From a virus (taxonomy: Duplodnaviria > Heunggongvirae > Uroviricota > Caudoviricetes), in IMG/VR virus record IMGVR_UViG_3300008255_000107: a stretch of 59,955 nucleotides of DNA; one strand, 5' to 3'. The notes beneath the pieces were generated by a model. That model had not been told where the DNA came from, ran no database searches, and saw only the letters and a program-made list of their open reading frames with translations. Shown here piece after piece: positions 52,678 to 59,955 of the stretch (the first letter of the stretch is position 1; each line of letters opens with the position of its first letter). Position numbers and translations under genes: made by a program.

Positions 52678-53643
52678 CTACCATGAGAATGTGCTTAGGA
52701 AGTCGCCACCAGACTTTGGAAGGCTAAGCCACTTGTGGTACAGAGAGTACAGCAACGGGTCCTCTACTTTAGGCATAGTAGCATCAATCCAAACATTCTG
52801 AGAAGTGGCTTCGTTGGCGTCCTGACCATCGGTATTACCGGGGCCTGGAAGTCCCGTAACGTCCACTGCAAATAGGTGGTATACGGTGTCAGTGCTCTTT
52901 GTGCCCTGTACCGTCCCTAAAGCCTTTAGGGACATGGGTGGCACTGACATGCCCGCTTCTTCGTAAAGTTCTCTCAGAGCCGCTGCAGCCACCGTTTCCC
53001 CAGAATCCACACCACCAGTGATGGAGGATATAAAGGGCCGGTTAAGACTCCAGGGAGGAGTGAACTCACTGCGTGCCAGAAAGAAGGTACCTTGGTCAGT
53101 ATTCCGGTAAGGTAGGACAGCCACGATATGGCCCCCGCACCTTTCCTCATGAGAGAACACGTATTCACCGGTGGGGCCAAACATCTTCTTTAGGCTAAGC
53201 CATGGGTTTTTTAAAAGGTACACCTCGGTAAGGGGCTGAGTGGACATAACATTCAGCATGTTAGCACAGCTACCCAGATCCTTCACAATAACAGGTTGGT
53301 ATTTTTCAATCATTTCCATGACTGCGTCTATCGCACGACGGACATGAGGTTCGAAAGTCTTGCCCTGGAATCCGTCCAGGACGCAAACCACTGTACGCTC
53401 CGGGCGCCGAGTGATGCAGTCCTCTAGTATTTCCGCCACGGAGAACACACTCTTCAGAAAGGGGGTTAGGACGTACAGGGATATCCCGCAGTCTTCTTTT
53501 TCAACCTTTTCACGTTCTTGGGCCTCGTCCGTCCAATCCTTCACAATGGGGTTGAAGTAGGGACACTTTAGCTGGGGGATGAGTTCATCGCGCCAACTTG
53601 GCCCTGCCGTGGTCCCACCCAGGAAAACTTTATTAGGAGTCAT
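52678..53643 (-). CDS. Nucleoside 2-deoxyribosyltransferase-like domain fused to NUDIX
   Basis: VFLGGT...WR...YFNP...DW; ITGGVDSGET..AALRELYEEAG. Confidence 0.8.
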   Translation of the reverse strand: MTPNKVFLGGTTAGPSWRDELIPQLKCPYFNPIVKDWTDEAQEREKVEKEDCGISLYVLTPFLKSVFSVAEILEDCITRRPERTVVCVLDGFQGKTFEPHVRRAIDAVMEMIEKYQPVIVKDLGSCANMLNVMSTQPLTEVYLLKNPWLSLKKMFGPTGEYVFSHEERCGGHIVAVLPYRNTDQGTFFLARSEFTPPWSLNRPFISSITGGVDSGETVAAAALRELYEEAGMSVPPMSLKALGTVQGTKSTDTVYHLFAVDVTGLPGPGNTDGQDANEATSQNVWIDATMPKVEDPLLYSLYHKWLSLPKSGGDFLSTFSW

Positions 53644-54016
53644 CGCTTACCCCGTTGGCAATCTTGTTCTTTCGCATGAACGGTATGTTGTTGTTTCTCA
53701 TTAGCACGTAGAGCGTGTTGTAGGAAACCCTAGCTTCAAGGGCCATCACGATACCGTCCATGTACATGGTGTCCGTAGGGTATGTCCGGAGCACCTTTAG
53801 GATCCGATCCTCTTTGATGGGTATGCCCGCAGCGTTCCTAATCTTTTTGACCATAGCGGTTTTTAGTTTGTACTTCAAACCAATATCACGATCGGACTTG
53901 TAATAGTCATCGTGGTCTACATTTTCCAGATTGGTAACCAGCTTATCTGCTACTGTTTTTGTTTCCAGTTTAGATACCTGCAGGGACCCATCACCTATTT
54001 TATAAAATTTCCTCAT
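53633..54016 (-). CDS. Hypothetical basic protein
   Basis: 127 aa. Confidence 0.6.
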   Translation of the reverse strand: MRKFYKIGDGSLQVSKLETKTVADKLVTNLENVDHDDYYKSDRDIGLKYKLKTAMVKKIRNAAGIPIKEDRILKVLRTYPTDTMYMDGIVMALEARVSYNTLYVLMRNNNIPFMRKNKIANGVSDDS

Positions 54017-54117
54017 ACTTTGAATAAGTGCTATTAAGACATTATAGGGTGCCCGTGCAAAAATGTGGTTAAAAACCCAGGGGGTGGGCTATATATTAGT
54101 AAACAAACCCTATCAGG

Positions 54118-54468
54118 ATGGAGCAAAACATGTCCCAGACTATCGAAGTGGATGTCGTAACCCTCGGAAGATACCGTAGCCAGCCCGGTAAACGTGACTT
54201 TGTCTACGCAGGGGATATGGTGTCCACCAAGAACCCCATGCGTACCTTGTGCATCGGTGCCCTATTGGACATCACCATGGGTGAGGACTCCAAGTTGAAG
54301 GCCTCGGTACACTTACGCCCTATCGGGGGCGGCGGTAAATATGAGGGTATGCCTAAGTTCCTTCAGGAAAATAAAGATTCCGTGGTACTGTTGACCACCA
54401 AAACTACCCTCTTCCTTATGGAGCGGGAGAGTGCCGAAGAACTGGAGAAACTAGGTGTCTCTTTTTAG
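54118..54468 (+). CDS. Hypothetical protein
   Basis: 116 aa after promoter motif. Confidence 0.65.
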   Translation: MEQNMSQTIEVDVVTLGRYRSQPGKRDFVYAGDMVSTKNPMRTLCIGALLDITMGEDSKLKASVHLRPIGGGGKYEGMPKFLQENKDSVVLLTTKTTLFLMERESAEELEKLGVSF

Positions 54469-54940
54469 CACAATAGTTGAAAATATGAAGGGAGGGGAGC
54501 GGACTCCTCCTGCGGAGGACTTACCCCCTAATGGGGAAGACCTCGACGTGTACACTGCTAAAATTTTGTGGATGGAGTACTTGAAAAGTCGCTTTGGGGA
54601 TTTACTTCTGTATTCTACAAACCCAGTGGATTTACTGATCCTAACAAATTATGAAGGCGAAGGAAACCTGTACCTAACAGCTCGGCAAAATGAGTTCAAT
54701 CAGTTCGTAGCCGACTGGTACCGGTATCGTCGGAATGTAAGTGATGCCGTGGAAATGGTTAGCTCCGATACTCCTTTCAAGTTCCTTTACGAATATGTGT
54801 GTAAAAGCGGTAGGATGCCCCGGTACGCTATTATCGAAATGGGTACCATAAATCTTGACGGTAACGAATTGAGGTTAGATCTAGACACGGGGGTCATAGA
54901 CCTCATACACAGCGGGTTACTATATTGGCCAGTGAGATAG
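54455..54940 (+). CDS. Hypothetical protein
   Basis: 161 aa. Confidence 0.6.
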   Translation: MSLFSTIVENMKGGERTPPAEDLPPNGEDLDVYTAKILWMEYLKSRFGDLLLYSTNPVDLLILTNYEGEGNLYLTARQNEFNQFVADWYRYRRNVSDAVEMVSSDTPFKFLYEYVCKSGRMPRYAIIEMGTINLDGNELRLDLDTGVIDLIHSGLLYWPVR

Positions 54941-55419
54941 AACGAAAATTCTTGATAGGACCCGACGTGGACCTAAGCAGTCTGCACCTATCCACCCCTG
55001 TTCACGTACGCCAGGGATTCCTGGTCAAAGAAAAGAGTAGGGTAGTCAGGGTAAGGGTACTCCTACGCACATCCGCCTACATCACAATTAAGGGCGAGAG
55101 CCACGGCATAACCCGACCAGAGTTTGAGTACAGCATACCGCTGAAGGAAGCCGAGTATATGCTGGAGAACCTTTGCTCTTATGTCATGGAAAAGACCAGG
55201 AGCACTGTGAGCTACATGGGCTTTACTTGGGAAATAGATGTGTTCTCCGGTAAACTGGACGGCCTAAGGATGGCTGAGGTTGAACTGGAACACGAGGATG
55301 ACCATGTTCCCCTACCACCCTGGGTGGGGTTGGAGGTGTCGTCAGACAGTCGGTACTTCAACGCTGTACTTGCAGAGAAAGGGATTCCGGAGGATAGCGA
55401 CACGGTTAGGGATTCGTGA
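54925..55419 (+). CDS. CYTH (triphosphate tunnel metalloenzyme) protein
   Basis: EIERKFL, RVR, TIKG, EFEY.IP, K.R, WEIDVF, AEVEL, EVS.D.RY.N. Confidence 0.92.
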   Translation: MASEIERKFLIGPDVDLSSLHLSTPVHVRQGFLVKEKSRVVRVRVLLRTSAYITIKGESHGITRPEFEYSIPLKEAEYMLENLCSYVMEKTRSTVSYMGFTWEIDVFSGKLDGLRMAEVELEHEDDHVPLPPWVGLEVSSDSRYFNAVLAEKGIPEDSDTVRDS

Positions 55420-55546
55420 AAAATATTTCTGCGTAAGCGCTTAAAACCGCATACACTACTATTACCTGTAAAGTCCGTTTTGTACGGGGCGCAATCGATC
55501 ACGTACACGGTATAGTTTTCAAAAAGCCAAATCTAGGAGATACAAA

Positions 55547-55945
55547 GTGGACTTCGCGGGAAAAAATAGGTACATCGTAGCATCCCTGTTGGGATCGGTA
55601 ATGGCGCTTTTAGCAGCGTGGGCTTTTATCACGAGTACCGACTTAAGCATAGCTGCTTCTATAGCCTGGCTGTCCATTTTTGTGTCTGGCCTAGTTGTCA
55701 CTCTCGCTAACTCCAGGGCGTACTTCCTGGAACTGGATTCCATTTTCTTTTACCTTCTCGCCGCCAACACCTGGCTAAGTTTTTCTGTAGCTTTTTTGGC
55801 ATCAGTGGTGTCCGGTGTAGACCTAGGCTGTCCGCTTTTCGCTATGGTGGTTTCCGCGTCAGTGGTACAGTTTTTCTCATACAAAGAACGTGTAGCGTAT
55901 CGATCCTCTGATGATGGTGACACGTCCGCCGGCATCTTAGACTAA
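55547..55945 (+). CDS. Membrane protein (about 4 TM)
   Basis: Four hydrophobic segments; RBS aggag. Confidence 0.65.
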   Translation: MDFAGKNRYIVASLLGSVMALLAAWAFITSTDLSIAASIAWLSIFVSGLVVTLANSRAYFLELDSIFFYLLAANTWLSFSVAFLASVVSGVDLGCPLFAMVVSASVVQFFSYKERVAYRSSDDGDTSAGILD

Positions 55946-56701
55946 TTCGATAATTAGCGGCTTAGGTTCAAACCTTCCCCTGTACTGGGGGTAATCTGCG
56001 GGGTTTGAGATAATGTGGGTTTTTCCTACGGTGTGCGAAGCTGGGTCGTGGATATGACCATGCAGCCATATACGAGGAGCATGCCTGTAAATAATTCCGG
56101 ATAAATCCGAAGCGTATGCGGGCCTTAGTTCCTCAGAGACATAGAAGTTACCTACAGAGTCGGAATGGGGGGCATGGTGGGTAACTACCACTGTAGGGCA
56201 CGATCGGTCTGTTAATTGACTATCCAGCCACTCCCTAGACTCAATGTGCCTCTCCTCCACGGATAGGGTCCCCAGCCCGTATTTATCATTTCCGATCTTT
56301 ATGAAATCGTTTAGGCCGCTTTCAGCCTCCCTTTTAGAGGATTCCGGGGTACCCCTCAGATTGTAGTCCGTCCAGAGTGTGCACCCCAGGAACCTTACCC
56401 CTTGAAAAGTAACGGACCTGTTTTCCAGAAAATGCAGATTTGGTACGGAAGGGCAAGTCTCACGCAGGTATGCCAGGGATTTATGCCAGTGCCCATTGTA
56501 GTACTCATGGTTACCTGCCACGTAAACGATGGGCTTACCCATGGGGGAGAAGTTCTCAAGGATCCAACGGGGGCTCTCCGAGGCGAAGTGCACATCTCCA
56601 GCTAGAACGATGACATCGGCTTCTTCGTAAGCGGATGGTTCAGGTGTGAAGAATTCTTCACCAAACTCCATGTGTAGATCAGAATGCAGTGCGATTTTCA
56701 A
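55937..56701 (-). CDS. Calcineurin-like metallophosphoesterase
   Basis: SDLH, LAGD, AGNHE, THHAP, HGHIH. Confidence 0.9.
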   Translation of the reverse strand: MKIALHSDLHMEFGEEFFTPEPSAYEEADVIVLAGDVHFASESPRWILENFSPMGKPIVYVAGNHEYYNGHWHKSLAYLRETCPSVPNLHFLENRSVTFQGVRFLGCTLWTDYNLRGTPESSKREAESGLNDFIKIGNDKYGLGTLSVEERHIESREWLDSQLTDRSCPTVVVTHHAPHSDSVGNFYVSEELRPAYASDLSGIIYRHAPRIWLHGHIHDPASHTVGKTHIISNPADYPQYRGRFEPKPLIIELV

Positions 56702-56725
56702 GAGCAGTCTCCTGGGCCGGAAGGT

Positions 56726-57187
56726 TTAGTCCACATAAGCAGTTTGGATTTCGGAAATCTTCCAGGAAGAGTACTTTTTTGTGATTGTGTAAATCAAAGT
56801 CTGGCGAACTGGTACCTCTTCGCTGCCTATGTGTGCAGTCAAGGAAGTAGTAAAGGTTCTTTTAATGACCTTCCTGTTAGACCCGTCTTCCAGAATCTCT
56901 GTGCGATCGATGTTCTTAATGGGGTCGAGGAATAGAACTGCAGCTTCCACCATGTCCTCGTTCAAAGTCTGTACATAAGCCATCTGGCTCTTCAAGGCTT
57001 TTCCATCGAATAGCTCGATAAGAAGTGTGCTAAGAACGGGCTTACCCATAGGGAAGACTTTGGTACGCTCCTGGTAGGTGGCGTACATGCTTTCGTACTT
57101 GCAGATCACATTGTCCGGACCACAGTAGGATACCTTAGCTGTGGCGAAGCTTACTAGGACAGTTAGGATTGTTAGGACTTTAAGCAT
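56726..57187 (-). CDS. Secreted hypothetical protein
   Basis: Signal peptide MLKVLTILTVLVSFATA; RBS gaggt; track start 57388 is upstream noise. Confidence 0.65.
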   Translation of the reverse strand: MLKVLTILTVLVSFATAKVSYCGPDNVICKYESMYATYQERTKVFPMGKPVLSTLLIELFDGKALKSQMAYVQTLNEDMVEAAVLFLDPIKNIDRTEILEDGSNRKVIKRTFTTSLTAHIGSEEVPVRQTLIYTITKKYSSWKISEIQTAYVD

Positions 57188-57242
57188 GTGACCTCCTCTA
57201 TACCTCAATATATAGAGGAGACCGTGCACTTTTAACACCTGT

Positions 57243-57638
57243 TTAGGTTTTACCAAATTTTTCCATAAGATTTTGGATGGTGTCCTTTTTTTCTGCGAGT
57301 TCATCCTGCATCTCCAGGATGAGGGCGTTCTTTTGATCCAAGGATTCTTGGAGCTCTTGTATCTGATGTAGGGCGCCCGGGAAGTCATTCAAAGAATCTA
57401 CTAGCATCCGGCGCGTATTCTCGCCGTTAGCATCAAAGTCCAAGACCGCACACAGATTGTATCCGTGGAAATGGGGGCTGCGGCCAAAGTAAAGGGCGTA
57501 CTGCCCCGGGGGGCCGTGTGGTTCGATGCTATACCCTTCAACTTCCTCGATCTCTTCCGGATGGGTAGACCCCGTAATACCTGGCATGAATAGCTCTAGC
57601 TCCATACCGTCTTGTTTCTCTTGCTTGTTGTTGTCCAT
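57243..57638 (-). CDS. Hypothetical protein, C-terminal coiled coil
   Basis: 131 aa, RBS aggag. Confidence 0.65.
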   Translation of the reverse strand: MDNNKQEKQDGMELELFMPGITGSTHPEEIEEVEGYSIEPHGPPGQYALYFGRSPHFHGYNLCAVLDFDANGENTRRMLVDSLNDFPGALHQIQELQESLDQKNALILEMQDELAEKKDTIQNLMEKFGKT

Positions 57639-57702
57639 ACGGACTCCTTACTACGTACCTGAGTGGTATTTGTGCATCAGTATATAACGCCAACCCTTGG
57701 TT

Positions 57703-58299
57703 TTAACAGGTGTGTAGGGTACTTAGAGCTTTTAGTTCTTTTTTAACTTCGTCGCTTTCTGGGTCAAAATCGTAGCGTTTTGCTACGTACAGTATGTCCT
57801 CAACGCTGTAGTAAGTCTTAAACTTGTCCCTGTTAACGCCCTCAGTACTGGATAGGGTAGGGAAGTAGTTCATAGCCACAAAATATGCCAGGGACTCGGC
57901 CACTTGCTCTTGGTGAAGGGCATTACTAAAATTCCCAAAGAACTTAGTCTGGGTACGGTAGGGCACCCCAAAGATTAAATGGTACTGTATGGCGTGGGCC
58001 AATTCGTGGGAGAAACTGAAAAGTATGTCTTTTGGGGTGAGCTCGTTCTTGGATGGGTAGCTGCTAACCACTGTTATCATTCTGGCCGTGTCGTCGTATA
58101 GACCTGCCACAGTAGCGTCTGAATTTGACCGGCACACCCTTAGGCGGGCCCCGTGTAGGGCAGCTACCTCACGTAGATCCTTCCTGCGCTTTACCCAGGA
58201 TTTCGAAGTACACAGATCCAGTCCCGGGACCAACTGTGTCCTAAGAAAGTGAAGATCCAGTGAGAGATTCAAAAGCTCACGGTATTCCTCTTTCTTCAT
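57703..58299 (-). CDS. Zincin-like HExxH metallopeptidase domain protein
   Basis: FSHELAHAIQ...EQVAE. Confidence 0.65.
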   Translation of the reverse strand: MKKEEYRELLNLSLDLHFLRTQLVPGLDLCTSKSWVKRRKDLREVAALHGARLRVCRSNSDATVAGLYDDTARMITVVSSYPSKNELTPKDILFSFSHELAHAIQYHLIFGVPYRTQTKFFGNFSNALHQEQVAESLAYFVAMNYFPTLSSTEGVNRDKFKTYYSVEDILYVAKRYDFDPESDEVKKELKALSTLHTC

Positions 58300-58379
58300 A
58301 CACCAGTATGCGGTATAAACGAGGTATGCTGAAAAAGTGATGGTTAACCGTTTTTCAAATAAAAAGGTTAAAAAAACTC

Positions 58380-59162
58380 ATGTTGGCCGGTATATGTGGT
58401 ATGAGCTTTGATAGCAACGACATGTACTGCGATGTGGACTCCTTTATGGACCCCATCACGCGCCAGGAAGAAAGGGAGAAAATAGCTCTCTTCAAGAGCT
58501 TGCCCATTGACAGCGACTTACGCAGTGCTTTGGCGGGTTCCATAATCCGATGCAATCTGAGATTCCTAAAGAGCTACGCCAACAGTTACTCCCGCAAGTG
58601 GGGAGCAGACCACAACGAACTGTACTCAGCCGGTAAACTGGGTATGCTTGAAGCCCTGGAGAGCTTCAATATGGATAAGAACGTGAAGTTCATTTCCTAC
58701 GCGGTGTGGCACATAAAGAAGTCCTTTGTCAGCGTTATGAAGCAGAGGGACGTTATTCGCCACAACCAGAACAAGAGGTCCGTGGCCAAGATGAAGTTGG
58801 AGGATCACCTCAATCCCCTTAATTTTCGCTACGACTCCATGGACAAGCCTGTGGGTGACGGTGACGATACCACCACTTTGGGGGCCATGATACCCGACGA
58901 GAATGAGGATATTGAATCTGCATTGATAGAAACCCGTGAGTTCTCTCTAATTCGTGAAGCACTCGGTAACATAGATGAGAGGCGCCGCCTTGTGCTGGAG
59001 ATGAGCTACGGTTTCAACGGAAATGATATCATGGGGATGAAGGCCATCGGGGAGCATCTAGGTATATCCATGGAGAGGGCCCGCCAGATAAGAGACAAGG
59101 CCCTCATTGATTTCAAGAAGGCCCTGCTCAGATTGGATCCAGATTTTAAGATCAAACTATGA
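58380..59162 (+). CDS. Sigma70-family RNA polymerase sigma factor
   Basis: NLRF, EL...G.LG..A.E.F......KFISYAVWHI, SMD.P, region 4 IGEHLGISMERARQI. Confidence 0.9.
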   Translation: MLAGICGMSFDSNDMYCDVDSFMDPITRQEEREKIALFKSLPIDSDLRSALAGSIIRCNLRFLKSYANSYSRKWGADHNELYSAGKLGMLEALESFNMDKNVKFISYAVWHIKKSFVSVMKQRDVIRHNQNKRSVAKMKLEDHLNPLNFRYDSMDKPVGDGDDTTTLGAMIPDENEDIESALIETREFSLIREALGNIDERRRLVLEMSYGFNGNDIMGMKAIGEHLGISMERARQIRDKALIDFKKALLRLDPDFKIKL

Positions 59163-59954
59163 TCATTTTTTGGCTGCCTTGCGGGTGGCAACTTTTTTAG
59201 GGGCTCCCTTCTTGGGGGCCTTTTTAGTTGCGGGAGCCTTGGCTGCTTGCTTGGACCTGTAATCTTTCAGAAGGGCTTTGTGCAAAGCCAAACCTTTCTC
59301 GATGGAGTATGTGCAAACGATCTTGTCCTCGGACAATACAGCGCTTGGGTCGATCACAAAGCACATCGAGGGAGATATGTTATGTTCCTTGAAACCTTCC
59401 GACCGGGCATAACCATCCAACTTTTTGTAAGAGGCTAGTTGCACGCAATGGCTCAGTTGCCTTCTGCGGGCCCCTAGGACCTGTGTGTAGGCACTTACGT
59501 GAGTGTGACCACCCACTATGATGTCGTAGTCATTACCGAGCTGAGCATGTCTGGAAATGCCATGGGCTGGATTCCATATGGAACTTCCACGCCACTTGTG
59601 CCTGGAGTTAACTGATATGGAGCTACCGTTGGCGAATGTGAGGTTGTAAGAGCACTCGTCCGCTTGAACGATCTTCCCCCGAGTAAGTTTGCTGAGGAGG
59701 GCTAGGCCATCATTCCACTTGTCATGATTGCCAAGGACCATGGATAGCCATGGGATTTCTTCGCAGAACCATTCGATCAGCATCCAGCTTTCTGCCACAC
59801 CTGTGGTCTGGTCCCCGTACTGGGCTTGAAGTCTTCCCACCCAGTTATTGGTTATGTCACCAACACAAATGCCGTAAGTGTTTTCATTTTCTTTTACTGA
59901 GTTCAGGTCTTGCAGAACCTTAGCCATGTCTGTCCCGGGATCATCCAAATGTGG
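59163..59954 (-). CDS. Metallophosphoesterase (5' part beyond window)
   Basis: GDITNNW, GNHD, GHTH; Lys/Ala-rich tail; frame open to the window edge. Confidence 0.75.
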   Translation of the reverse strand, partial: PHLDDPGTDMAKVLQDLNSVKENENTYGICVGDITNNWVGRLQAQYGDQTTGVAESWMLIEWFCEEIPWLSMVLGNHDKWNDGLALLSKLTRGKIVQADECSYNLTFANGSSISVNSRHKWRGSSIWNPAHGISRHAQLGNDYDIIVGGHTHVSAYTQVLGARRRQLSHCVQLASYKKLDGYARSEGFKEHNISPSMCFVIDPSAVLSEDKIVCTYSIEKGLALHKALLKDYRSKQAAKAPATKKAPKKGAPKKVATRKAAKK

Positions 59955-59955
59955 A

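Noticed and set aside
1-59955. Integron integrase or other recombinase in the window
   Set aside because: No ORF shows the tyrosine-recombinase R-H-x-x-R-H-Y signature; the enzyme is outside the window or supplied by the host.
1-59955. Genome-wide TAG reassignment implied by the CUA tRNA
   Set aside because: Conserved proteins end at TAG at their expected C-termini, and coding density is high under code 11.

Overview
The window reads as a 60-kb accessory and host-takeover segment of a large (jumbo-type) tailed phage. It is densely packed with short ORFs and contains no structural or replication genes. It holds about 27 tRNA genes without encoded CCA, several non-canonical tRNA-like elements, and RNA-repair/translation helpers (CCA-adding enzyme, broken RtcB, two Pth2-like and two RlaP-like proteins). 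It also carries a complete NAD+ salvage operon (pncA, pncB, nadE, nadD, NUDIX/NrtR-like, macrodomain), nucleotide-sanitising hydrolases, two glycosyltransferases, a sigma factor and a FlgM-like ORF. The most unusual structure is at 1-1760: four integron attC-type sites delimit three single-gene cassettes, with the core-site complementarity expected from integrase-mediated assembly, and the cargo looks phage-like. No integrase is visible in the window. Second is an apparently circularly permuted tRNA gene (3' half at 11053-11094, 5' half at 11165-11197) just downstream of rtcB. Other oddities are a CUA-anticodon tRNA, a Sec-like tRNA-Trp, a Leu(AAG) tRNA, leader-peptide plus terminator units ahead of three tRNA arrays, and a recurrent TTWAAW-N17-TAYAWT promoter class. 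All family calls come from motif recognition by eye, not database searches. Several frameshifts fall in homopolymers and may be sequencing errors.
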